Translations under genes and position numbers: made by a program
NCBI GenBank assembly: GCA_030704615.1
Contig: CM060733.1
Span: 14,570,001-14,634,000 of the forward strand
Direction of reading: 5' to 3'
DNA length: 64,000 nt
From: Takakia lepidozioides
Lineage: Eukaryota > Plantae > Bryophyta
In this document: in pieces, positions 24,461 to 36,934 of the stretch
Position numbering within the stretch: the stretch's first letter is position 1
Layout: every line of letters begins with the position of its first letter
Notes under the pieces: model-generated
What the model was told of the DNA's origin: nothing
Database searches by the model: none
The model's input: only the letters and a program-made list of their open reading frames with translations

Positions 24461-24537
24461 TGTCCTTGACCTTCTGTCATGACCCACGGAGGACTTGACT
24501 GACCATCAACCCAAGAGGACCTCTTGTGTGTGCTTAC

Positions 24538-24900
24538 TTGTGTCTGTAGTCAGGTAATGACGGATTGGTCAGTGAGAACCACCATGGTGCAGCTGAGCGG
24601 ATAGAGATTGAAACACGGCCTGCTAAGACCAAGCTGACTCTCCCAAGAACCTTGTAAACATCAGGAAGAATACCATGCCCTGCGGTCGACCATCCACCCA
24701 CGAACGCGGGAGAGGAGGGAAAAGAGAAAGCCCGCGGAAGGGAAGGCGAACGCGAGAGAGGACTGGAGAGAATATGAGAGGAGGAGATGGAAAAGAGAAA
24801 GCCGCGGGAGGGAAGGGGAGAAAGATCGCGGGGAGAGGGAAAAAAAAAAAAAAAAAAAAAAACCAAACAAAAGGATGATCGCGCGACTTGATCCCGCGGT
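24538..24900 (-). promoter_or_regulatory. Putative 5' UTR / first exon of a minus-strand transcription unit
   Basis: CpG-rich and CT-rich leader at 24700-24860 followed by a GTAAG donor at 24537; no convincing long ORF. Confidence 0.35.
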
Positions 24901-26715
24901 GCATCGCGGCCTAATCGTCGTTCTTACCACTACACTACCCCTTAAAACTCAACAACTCCCTCTTGTAATATTATATTTAAGGTGTTTTAACCCTTAAGTT
25001 CCCAAACGACCTGAATCGGGTCACTTTGAATTTGCAGTTCGACCTAATTTTTGCAAATCTAATCTGATGGGCCCCACTCCTGATGCTTTAATGACAAGGG
25101 ATTTGTCTCGAGTATGATGCAAAAAACAAAATTAAAAAAAAAAAAAGCTACGACCTACAAAAAATATCTTAGATCTCTCATTTACGTTTTGGGGCCTGAA
25201 AAGGGCTTGTTGACCGCTGACGTGGCAGGTAAACAAGCCCAAAACAGATTGCACTCCAAAGGCCATTTTTGGCAGAAAATTAGCAATTTTGGAAAAAGCA
25301 CTTCACCTTGTGGTGTGTGAGCATTACATACACACACCCACCATTGGCTTTTAAAAAATTTGTAGAAAAAAAAGTACTTCATTTGGAGGCACATTTTCTC
25401 TTGTCAATTTTGAGATTTCAACCCCCATGTAAATGCATACATAGCAACCATAGGTGAAAAAATCAGTTGGACCTGCAATTTAGTGGGGTCATAGCCACTC
25501 CACTATTGATTTGGAAATGGTGGGTCTTGGGGCAAGCAAAATTGGATAAAGCTAGGTTTTGATTTGGTCAAACCAATTTCTTTCTCATTTTTTCTTTGGG
25601 ACCTGATATTTGAGGTCCGGGCCAACGCTATAATCTCACAATTTCCACGGTGGACTTGGCTCATTTTTTGGTTTGTCATGCATAAATGAGCTGGGCCCAT
25701 TGCTATAAGGTTGGAATCTCCGGATGATTCTTGGTAGGTTTCAAGGGGCAATTTACTGCAGCTGGGTACCCAAAATTGGTACAAAGTCAAAAAAGGGCTT
25801 GGGAACTTAAGGGTTAAACCCCCCTCTGTATGAATAATGGTGTACATGGGGGGGTTTAAAATACCCCCTCCTGTGCACGCACGTGGCTGGTACATTTAAT
25901 GAGGAGTGCACCCCCCAGGGGAAGATTCAAACTCTAAATTAGGAGGATTCTCGCCGCGGGTGCAAGCCAGATGCTTTCATTTCTCAAATCGTCAACGCAA
26001 GGTTGATTTGCATCACCCCCCATGGAGAAAAATAATAAAATAAATAAATAAATAATAAAATAAAATAATAAAATAAAATTGAAGTCGTATGTCTGTCGGT
26101 GTATGTCACGTCATCAATCGTGTTGTGCGTGCGTCTGCCATTTGTTGCATTCGTTCCTCAAACTCATTTATTCATTTGCGAACACATCAAGTCACATTCA
26201 AATGAACATTATCGGAAATCAACCTCGTGTTAACACAAGGTTCATTTCAGTTCTAGGAAATCAACCTCATGTTAACACAAGGTTGATCTCTGCGGACGCC
26301 CTAAACCCTTAACCCATCTCACCTTCAGATGGTGAAATCCCAGAGTTATAGGCTCCACGGTTATAGGCCCACCATCTTTGTGGTGACGTGGCACGACCTT
26401 GGGTGGGCTCACGAGGGGCTCATGTCACGTCAGCGCTGTGAGCGTAGGCTCACGCCACATCACCATTGTGTGAGCGTACGCTCATGCGGTAGCGTCGTTG
26501 TAGCTTGACGAGTGAGAGGGAGGACAACGGTTCTTTTTTAATTAAGATTGAACTAAGAGTGGAGGTTGCAGGCTCTGACGTGGTGGGTTCCAGCCAATTA
26601 GTTGTGGGCATTCTTGTATCTCCCAGTTTGCAGGTGGTGGATGGTCATCCAGTCTCGGAAGCACCTGCAGCTCCTGTCGTGCGTGTTCCATTGTTGATTC
26701 CATGAGTTTGACCTT

Positions 26716-28835
26716 GACATTGTGCACCATAAGGGAAATGAGAACTCCAATGCAGATGCTCTTACACGTGGTGAACCTCATGTAGGCAAGCCTATGGTGA
26801 CTTTGGAGGACTTGGCTGCTCTTGATATATCCTTTCCTAAAGGGGCAAGCCCTGTTCTTAATCTTTTATGTGCTAATCTGCAGCATTTTCTTCTTGACCC
26901 ATCTAGCTTAGAGATTGTGTGGGGCTGGTCTAGCCTTCTTGATGATCCAGGTTGAGTCCTTATATTGCTGGTGTGGGTAGTGGATCTCGTGTCTAAAGCC
27001 TTTGTAAGGGGCTGATTTATCCTTCCTTGTTCCTTGTCTTTCTCTTTCAGCCTTGGTTCGATTTTGGTGTATCTACTCCTATACTCCGGTGTAGGTTTTG
27101 GCAGTGCTTTAAGGCATGATTTGCCTTCCCATGAGCCGTTTCAAATGAGGCAAAGACCTAGTGACTGGAGATAACATGAGGCAGGCACTCCAGGTCACCC
27201 TTACTAAAGCCCATTGAACCTCGCTTATGTGTAGTGCAATCATGGATGATATGCTATATGCAGCGCTACTCCATCAATGTCTTCATGGACGTTCATCTGC
27301 AGGGCTCCGTGAGAAGTTGAGGAAACAAGTGCTTTACAATGTGGATGCTCATCGTTGTAGGGATGGCAAGTTGTACAAAGTGGGCACTAAGGATGGGAGT
27401 CCTTGCTACTTGGAGGTACCACCACGGAGCTAGTTAGATGCTTTGTTGGAATGCTTTCATGCTTCTTTGTATGTATGTCATCTTGGGGACAAGAAGACTA
27501 TAGCTTGCATATAAGAGGTGTACTACTGAAAGGGAATTCAAAGAGATGTGATTGCCTTCATTTCCAAGTATGAGGCATGTCGATCTAACCTTGCACTTCC
27601 TCGGGTGGGGGTCACTTATAAATTGCAATCCTTGCCTGTGACACATGCCTTTGCTCGAGTTGGTATTGACTTGGTAGGACCTCTCGCTCTCACGTTAAAG
27701 GGTCATAGCTATCTTTGGGTAGCTATAGATTACTTGACTGAGTGGGTAGAAGTCCATCCTATGGTTACCAAGGATTCTGACTTAGTAGCACAACATTTCC
27801 TTGAAGATATTGTGATGATGCATGGTTGTCCTCTTGAGATCCTTACCGATAACGACCGGGAGTTTTGCAATGACCTTTTGAACATCACATGTTTTAACTT
27901 TGGAATCAAGCATGTGACTACAGCCCCCTACCATCCTCAAACCAATGGTTTGACGGAGCGTTTCAGTCAGACTTTCTGCCGAATGTTGGAGATGAATGGT
28001 GAGCTTGCAAGGGAGTGGGACATCTTCATTCCTCCTCTGGTATTTGCTTATCGCATTGCTGTTCATGCTAGCATGAGGAATACTCCTTTTGAGTTGCTTT
28101 ATGGTAGACGTTGTGTCTCTCCTTTGCATCCTACTCCACTAATTTCCACTGATTTTCTGAGCCTGTGGACTTGACTGATTTTGTAGAGAGGGTGCATGCT
28201 AGGCACATGGTCTTGGTTAATTAGGCTAAAGCTAACATTGTTCTTGCTCAAGCAGTATAGGCTAGGAATTTTAACAAGCAGGTTAAGTACACAGATCACT
28301 TCCATGAGGGACAGACTGTGTGCCTATGTCTTCAGCATGGACCGCATGCATGTAAGTCTAAATGGAAGATCGACGATCCTTATTTGTTGTACAAGTTGCT
28401 TTGTGGGAGGCGTGCTTTGATTTTGCCGCAGGGACACAACACGGAAGCACATGAGGAGCCGTTGGCACTTACATTTTTGATTCATTCGGAGCTGGTTTTT
28501 GACTTGACATGCATCAATGTTGAGGGACGATCGGTGGTGCTCACTCCTTGTGGTGCAGGTGCTATGGAGGCTTCGGTTTCACAGCAGTCTTCTCTTAGCC
28601 TTAGACAGATTTTTATTTTCAGATTGTAGTATTCTTCCATAGTTGCTTTGTAGTTTAGTTTTTTTAAGATTTAGCATGAAGTTCCAACTTGTCTACACGC
28701 GTAAGGTTTTCCTTTGCATGGGTTTTGTCCCACTGGGTTTTCCCACAAAACGTTAGGGAACTTCATGGCGGGGTAAGATCCTTATATTTTACCTCGCGGA
28801 GCTCCTGCAAAGCTTGGATTCTTAAGGGGGGAGAA
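26716..28835 (+). pseudogene. Old degenerate Ty3/gypsy pol fragment (RNase H end and integrase) ending at a PPT
   Basis: HHKGNENSNADALTR; VGIDLVGPL, IDYLTEWVE, ILTDNDREF, APYHPQTNGLTERF, TPFELLYGR; purine tract AAGGGGGGAGAAG near 28824. Confidence 0.85.
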
Positions 28836-30232
28836 GCCTTCACATATGTGATGGCGCATGTTCTCCTGGCCTGACTTTCAGCTTATTCATTACTGTCTGA
28901 CAGGTTCATCCCATGCCATTAGTATTTATGGCGGGAGGTTGTTATACAGCCTGACCCATGCTTGTTTGAGATTATCCTAGAGCTTTGTGGCTACATCTAG
29001 ACCCTTCATTGATCTACGGGCCAGATCTGTTTGTAATCTGGGCACCCCGTGGCATACTGCCACGTGGGGGTATTCATGCCTCACCCTAGGTTTGGGGTAT
29101 AAGTTTGTTCCTGACCTTGAGTCAGGGCCCTTTTTCTCGTATGTACAACCTGGTGTACGGGCTTTTGGACGTGCTCTGTGAGCTTTGGATGTGTGTATGT
29201 TGGCTCTGCATATGTTGTACGTGGGATCCTCTACATGTTCATCTCTCTTCTCATGCTGTAAAGCCCGCTCCTTCCGAGCTCTTACACCCCTAGTTTAACG
29301 TGCCCTTGTGAGGACGGGAGAATATCATTCAAGCACAAAATAAGCCTTCACATGTCTAACAGATAGGTTGGATGCATGCAAATTGTTCCGAAGGTTTAGG
29401 GACGTTTAGAGATTGTTGATGGAGTTGACAATGAAACCAACGCAATACCTGTGTGGCTGCCCGACAAACACCACTAGTCCTGTACAAATGATCTTTATAT
29501 CACTATTTTCTTCATCATGTTGACATGAGTATTGCGTGGATGATATGAATATTGTTGTTGGCCTCTTCCCAATACACCAGATTGTAGATTGCTATGCCAA
29601 GTATCAAATCAAGTGCCTAAATGGTCAAACGTACAGCTACTAAAAATTGAAAAATTGAATGAGATTGTTATTGAAATAAGGCAATAACACTGAGATCCAC
29701 ATAACAAACCAATGTAGTACAAAGTGGGAGGCTCTCACTGCAAGCTAAGCGTGCATTCGCAAGATATAAGACTGGGGGTAAGCAATCTACACTATATTAC
29801 ACTTGTCAACATACTTGTTCAGAATGTATGCATAGAACTCTTCTGCCCATCCCGGTAGATAGAACAAGGATGGGAATCTAAGTGCGATAAGATAATTACA
29901 TGTAACGACTCGAAAGAGTGTTATTGAGAAATGGTGTTGCCTTTGATAATCTCAGCGAAGAGGCAACATGGAAAACAACTGCAGAGGTGTGCAAGGAGGG
30001 GCAAAGGCAGCGAGCTGCTAGGGGTGAGAGCCTCTTAATCAACTTAGATAAGGCATGACATGCTCAATATCTTACCCAAGTCACATGTATACATAATATG
30101 AAATAGTAATGGTTCAATCATACGAGTTTAGGCATGATGATCTATGTGCAAAAGGCTGGCTGGATTGGGCTTGAAAGGTTGTGGGGTGGTGGATGAAGAT
30201 ACAGAAAGAAGGGGGGCTGAAGGTAGCAGGTA

Positions 30233-33232
30233 TCATGTCTCACCCAAGAGACCTGCACAAAGTTGTGCACGCTCATTTCGGAGCATAGCAATCTCCATGC
30301 GGATGCCTTCATCTCCCTGTCCAGCACCCTCTGCTATGGTTTGCTCCAATGTTGCAATAATTCGCTCTATGCTCTTGATCTGTCCACAAGCACACTCACA
30401 TGAGATTCTTTGTAACTATTTTTCTAAATCTCCTCCAAACCCCACATTTTACAGCTATCAGACCACTCACATCTCTTATTCTCAATAAACGCAAGATTGA
30501 AAATGGCCAACATGTCACGCAATATTCCCAAAGGTGGCACTATCCGAGCCTCTTGATCTTTATGCTAACTTTGGTTGGGTCATATATATATTCCCTCCGT
30601 ATAGCACTTTAGCTTACTATGGTTGTTAGATGTGGTTTAACATTCCAAAATTGACGATCTTAACCTAGCCTCGAGTTTACTCTTGTTCAACCGTCTTGGT
30701 CACATAAATCTAATATCCATGGCTTGAATGCTTCTTTGATTTGCCCGGGCATAGCGGAAGCTTTTATACAGTTGCGTAATGTACCAACTACCATAGAGTG
30801 GAGCCTCTAGGCATGGAGCAGATTTGGAGCCTCCAGGCATATGCCTAGATCCATGTAGACGATTTTCATGTTTTAGAGAACTCATGTTTTATACTCAGTT
30901 ATAAACGCAGTATAAGAGCAGGAGAGGTATGATGACGATTTAATGGTTTAATTTGACCCCACATTTCAATATAGCCTTAGGGATATTCAACCTTGCGATG
31001 GGGCCATCGGCGCATGCCATTTCGACGACAAATCTTTTTAAGAACAGTGGGACAAATGCCAAGTTCTTTGGCGGCGGCATTGATTGGCAGATGGAAATGT
31101 TGTGCCAAATCCGTCATTTTTAGCTTTCCTGTTCTCTCCCTCTGCACTTCAATGAGTTCCGTTTTCAGCTCTTCCATCTACCTTCTTTCAACTTAGTACA
31201 TGATACATGTTAACTAGTTTATGACACCCATTTGCTTAAGGTAATTAGCATTTCTATTTTTATACTTTAAAGTAGTTTGAAACTTCAAAGAATTATGTAT
31301 GCAATGATAAGACCTGGACTTTCTTGAGCAATAAAGACCAGGAAAATGAATGGATCGCATATTTGTCATTCTGATTTTTACAATCCTAAAAATCATATTG
31401 AAGTTCCACGCATCTCTTGAAAGAGCAGCATGATGTATGTTTGGGGATACCATGTATGCAATGGACGCAAGCATGTGGCATGGGGAGGATGAAGGACATA
31501 AATTATCAATTGTTTTTAGCATTTGCATGATCAAGGGGCAATCCATGCCGCTATTTCATGCATATAGACAATATCTGATACGACCTGTTGGAAAAGAAAG
31601 AAAGATTGAAACAAAGAGAATTTGCACCTGAGCAGCAGCATTACTCTTAGGGGGCTTGGCAGGTGCCACAAAATTACCATCAGCATGATCAGTGCTGTCC
31701 ATGCTTCCACTACGGTGCATTTTGCTCTGCCCAGGTCCAGCCTTTCCATATGCACACCCGCTGTTTGAATAATCTGACCCTATAAATCCACGCATGTATC
31801 AATGGAATTTTTGAAACATCTTTTGGAAGGCCCAATTTAAGGTAGATTAAGGAAGGAAGTCTCTTGCTGAAGCAAATCATAACTTATGGTGTTACTTCAC
31901 CCCAAAGAGCTACGACATTACGTGAAAACCTTCTAGTATTATATAGGATTATGTGCACTAATTTGGCGAACACTGATTTTGTATAGCAGAACATATATTG
32001 CTTTATATTTATTTTGTTTGTATGGATGTATGTGGCTATGGATTCCTATTGCATGACAAAAATAACAGACTAAACAAATTCGAGAAAGGCAAGTGTATGC
32101 ATATTAGAACAGACATGGAAAAAAACAATTCGTGGCCAACAAGAACAGGAAGAGAATTACCAGAAGAGGTACACAGTAGGTCTGGAAGGGCAACGTGGCC
32201 CATTTGCTTAGGCATGCATGCGGCTGATGCGTTCATTAGGTGCTCTGATGCCATGCCCATGCAAGGGCTTCCGTCCGAGCCTGTTGACAAAGAGTCGTGT
32301 CGCAACACAAAACCTTCTTTTCTTCTTAACAAGCTATATTGGAGTAAAAATTGCTTCACATACTCTGCATTTCCTACTGGAAACCTGCAATAACAGACAC
32401 GATTCATGAGCATAGAGATGCCTAACGTCTACAATGTATTATAATACTCTTGAGTCATGATTTTGAATGCAATTTCACTCAAGGGTTCTAATGTAAAAAA
32501 ATGAATCATTAGTCCTTAGTCCATTCACTGTCTGAATGGAACAGTTTGTACCTACCTCCTAGAAAAAAAAATGTAGTGACAGCCCTGAGCCATACACTCC
32601 CAACTTATTGGAATCAAACCTATAGTACATTTGAGTTTCAGTTTCCCACTATTCTTGCATGTTTTGGCAAACTTCTGCATTCTACTAAGCTTTATCCAAT
32701 GTCGAGCATTTCATTGCAAGTACCAATGGAGTTGTTGAACTTCCAGGTGCAGCTAACGATAACTCATATCTCAACAATAGATCTTTACACAAGATATAAA
32801 TCTATTTAAGATTATGACATAGTGGTTCGATGTGGAACAATCCATATTGATAATTCACACACTATTTACTAGCTTATGCTTTGAATCCCAATATACCAAT
32901 GCCTATATGTCTTGAATGTGGACAATACTTTCTTTCTATTAGCTTTAATGGCTTACTAACCACCCCTCCAAAGAAAACCAACAACTTACTCAACCATTTG
33001 TTGTTCAAAAGATGCAGGAAACCCATCATCAATACAAAATCGAGTCTGCAATACAGCATGATAACTTTGGCCATCACACCCATGAATCTCAAGCTTTGTG
33101 TCTTGGACCCCTGAACCACATGTCATGTCCAATTTTTTATAAGATTTTATGTTGACAGTATTCATTGTAAAAGTGCAAATCCAAACATTGTTAGTTGAGG
33201 GGAGCACATATGCAATTCTAAAATAATACGTA

Positions 33233-33286
<54 letters not shown>

Positions 33287-35353
33287 AGACGCCGGCCATG
33301 GCCGGCGTAACTAAGAGCCACTTCGCCTTGCAGCTATTGCCCCCTTTCGGGGGTGGGCCCTATACAATACGTAGCGAATTTAAGTTTATACTACTTAAAC
33401 ATTGAATTTTTATACAACACATTGTCCATAGACCCCAATCCAACTCCACGATATGGTTCATGTATAATCAATATAAAACTGTCTACATGAGCCACATGCA
33501 TACATGGGGCTTTTTGAAGTTTTGCCGCATCAAATAGATCCTACAATGTCATCAAACCAACATATTGGTCTAGTCTATTATCAGTTGGTTGTGTTGGCAA
33601 TGCAACACAACTTGTATTGTTCTCGTGTTCATATTTTTTCCTTCTACTAAGAGATCTTAACCCAAATTTATCTAGGGATAACCTAGCATATGATATAGGA
33701 TTGAGTATAAATTCACACATAATTAAGTTTGCAGACGTAGCTTACCCTAAGTGAATAAATGGGGACCACAAAATCACAACAAGCAATAGAGAAATTGAGA
33801 ACTACGACATATATATAGACAAAATAACATCGTTTAAACAATGCTATACCCACTACCTTTGTCTAACCACTAACATTAACTCAAATCTTCTCCCTTTTCT
33901 AAAAACCATAATTGGCTTCATAATGGATGAAATCACTTTGGACGTCAAAGTTTATCATGCATCCATGAATGCTGGTTGATGAAGATTAGCTTTGCAAAAT
34001 CCATAATGCATCGATAATCAACTCCTACCATCATAGCAAGTTTGTAGGTTCTAATTCAACAATGGGAGGATTAATTGGTGATTTTAATCTTGGGAGACTA
34101 AATTAGGGTGATCTAGGGTACTAGGTAATCAAAAGGGGGTCAGGACAAGCATTGTTCTTGGTTTGAACTTCTCTTTGGTTACTGCATCTTGAATGTGCAA
34201 AAGTGACATACTTGTCACCAAGTTTCTTCCTATGTCGGATTATAAGGGAGTGGGTAAATGAGAACTTTGTGCATTGCATAAGTATTTTAATGACCTAAGA
34301 CTCATGAATGCACATATAGAGAATATAAGTATGGCAAAAATTATTCCCCCCCTAGACTGTATATAATCACTTGTTAGTCTAGACAGGTGTAATTTAATCA
34401 AGAGAAAATAAAATAAAATTGATGTATAAACATGTGGATCATGATACAACAACACAACATTATACACTGTCAAAACTCACGTGTTGATTGTGCCTCTGGG
34501 CTTGCATTGTATAATGTTAGGAAGGCGTTGAAGATCAATACATCTTATTTACTTTCTCAAAAGCTTTGACATCTCAACAAAACTAACAAACATTTGGTGG
34601 GGGTGAGAGAACACCATTAGAATGGATAATGCGACGCAGAATTTGGCAAGAGTCACATTGCAATTGTTGTTGATTATGTGGTTGGGTGGGATTAGGCTGA
34701 AGTGGCCCCTCATGTGACATGCCCCAGTCCGAGGGGGCACCAGAACACATCATGGGGTTTGCACCACCAGAGGTTGAGGCCCCGTGCTCCATACTCACTA
34801 ATGCTCGTTCTTCTACCTCCATAAGTCCACCTGGCTCCCCTCCCAAGTAACACCCTGGTGTGAACATGGTAGGAGGGAAGTTCATGGGAGAGAGTCTACT
34901 TCCTGGCGGAGGAGGATAGGATGACATGTTCATCCTCAAAGGGGAGATCGGCGGGTTAGGAATGAAGTTGTCATGTGAGCCACTAAAGAGAGCAAAAGAA
35001 TCTTTGGCAATATCGGCATCAATCTCATCAAATGCAATGAGCTCCCCATTAAGTGTATCCTCAACGCAAGTGCCTTCTGTATCAGTGCATTTGTTGTCAA
35101 ACAATAGCGTACTGAAATCTAGTTCCGACCCTCCTTCGCCCCTCCCGCTCCTTCGAGAATTGAAAGGAGGTAGCGGAGTGAGCATGTTGAAAGTGGACGT
35201 AGGAATATTGAAGCCAGTGAAATTGAAGAAAGGCTCATCGGGGTTGGCTTCTTTGGGAGTTTTCATAAACTCGTTAATATCAAAACGAGGGCTGTTGAAT
35301 GAGTTAAGGACCACACCATCACAATTGGGGGACCCTAATTGCCCTCCTGCCAT
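30233..35353 (-). CDS. RKD: RWP-RK domain transcription factor, RKD type, 510 aa; exons 34615-35353, 32990-33110, 32161-32384, 31628-31779, 30992-31141, 30233-30379
   Basis: All five introns are GT-AG with consistent phases (total 1533 bp); RWP-RK motif HFHLPINAAAKELGICPTVLKKICRRNGMRRWPHRKIKS; upstream CDSCQILRRIIHSNG-KLEIHG..YHAVL..VKQFL domain seen in RKD-type proteins; no PB1 domain, so not an NLP. Confidence 0.92.
33236..33365 (-). mobile_element. 130-bp structured SINE-like insertion with (TC)n tail in RKD intron 1
   Basis: Exact 11-bp TSD AATACGTAGCG (33225-33235 and 33366-33376); (GA)n tract at one end; second copy of the core at 40449-40527. Confidence 0.8.
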
Positions 35354-35899
35354 TTTCTTTGATATCTCAGATATGCAAGTTTGCAGTTGAGCTTCACAGT
35401 CTTTGAAATGGTAAAAGCATCAAGATTTTTGACATATGTTGTATCGGAAGCGTGCCATGCTTGTTTCTCCAGAAGTGACATTGATCAACGGGCTTAAATA
35501 ACATATAGAGCACATGGCCACGTAAGCATATATCTGACAACCGTGGCATATTATAAACAACGTATCCATCAGTCGCTCATAGATTGTTCATACACCAATT
35601 TCATTCTAGCTGGTTTCAATCTTTGTCCAATATCACAGGGCCTCAAAATGTGGATGTTGGATTTGTATGTGCATATTTGGAAGGACAGATAGTGAGAAAA
35701 CCTCAAAGCCACGTGATAAGACAAAAATGAATTGAGTGCTTATATTGCACAATTCAAGTAAAATGTTTTGTGAAAAATAGAGCTTTCTATACAAAATGAG
35801 ATATGATACAAAAAGAGGACAAAAGTGAAAGAAATGTGAATTTATACATAGAGGTCAAAGACATCATGGATTTAAATGCGATGACAACACATTTATTGG

Positions 35900-36390
35900 T
35901 TAGATTGCAAATGTTGAAAGAGAATGAAACTTGCGTGACAAGCAAAATGAAACAAAGATTGAAACCCGAGCATGGATCTCCAAAATGAAATTTTATGAAA
36001 TTTGAACAATAAATAAAATTTCCCAAAATTTCTAACATATGACTTTAGGATAGGAAATTGCAATTCCCAATCCGAATTGCAATGACATATGTTAGACAAA
36101 CTACAAGATTGAAACCATGAATAAATGACAAATCCTTGACATTAAAGAGATGCCAAAGTCTTCTAAGAATGAACGACGAAACCCTCACACACCCGAGCAT
36201 GGATCTCCGAAGTAAAATATAGATAGACAAAATTTCTCAGAGATTATAACGTCTAAGATTAGGATCGAGTAGTGCTTCTCAATCTGAATTGTAATGGTAA
36301 ACTACAAGAATAAATGACAAATCATTGACCATAAAAGAGAGGCTAAGGTCTTCTAAGAATGAACAATGAAACCCTCACAACATAGAACCC
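35900..36390. repeat. Imperfect ~200-bp tandem duplication upstream of RKD
   Basis: ACCCGAGCATGGATCTCC at ~35964 and ~36191; AATAAATGACAAATC..GTCTTCTAAGAATGAAC..GAAACCCTCACA at ~36120 and ~36308. Confidence 0.7.
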
Positions 36391-36896
36391 AATCATGGTC
36401 AAGGTATGCTCATCATGAAACAACAAATAGATGGTCCGAATTTGGAAAAATATGAACACTAAGGTACCGAAAAAGGACAAAGATTCAAACGTGTGAATTT
36501 TGTAATGCAACCGCACACGACAAATCCAAACCAGACCTGTAGAATGACAACCTTTAGGATAATGGATTGAGATAAGGTTGTGATGGAAGATGGGGAAGGA
36601 AGGAGCCTGGAGGGAAGGTAGAGGTGAGATGGAAAGGCATCAAAGGGGTGGGAAAGGAAAGTTGGCTGTGTTTATCCCCTTCTTGCATCTCCCAGTGGTT
36701 AGGGCACAGTCTACTGTGATCGTGGGTTCAAATCCGCACACCCTCTTGTTATTTGCGTTGTCAACGTCAATTGTAGCAAGAAATGATTATCATACTGTTA
36801 GAATTGACACGTCGTACCAGTTCTGTGATAAATTGGGCTCGACTGTGGTGATATTACTAGACCGTGGCTCTCGCAGGAACCCTAGGCCACAGGCTT

Positions 36897-36934
36897 CACG
36901 TGACTTTCCACGTGGCTGATTTTTATAACACGTG
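36897..36934. promoter_or_regulatory. Cluster of three G-box/ABRE motifs upstream of RKD
   Basis: CACGTG at 36897, 36909 (CACGTGGC) and 36929 (CACGTGTC). Confidence 0.4.

Noticed and set aside
24930-24945. CTA-CACTA as the left end matching the TSD of the 58672 terminus
   Set aside because: Sequence after CACTA does not match the TIR and there are no subterminal repeats
28834-29353. 12-bp direct repeat AAGCCTTCACAT as the TSD of a ~500-bp insertion
   Set aside because: No tail, TIR or second copy supports an element; may be chance or LTR decay
33288-33365. Canonical hammerhead or HDV-like ribozyme
   Set aside because: No CUGANGA core or UH site; GGCGAA resembles HDV J4/2, but the P1/P3/L3 pseudoknot elements are absent
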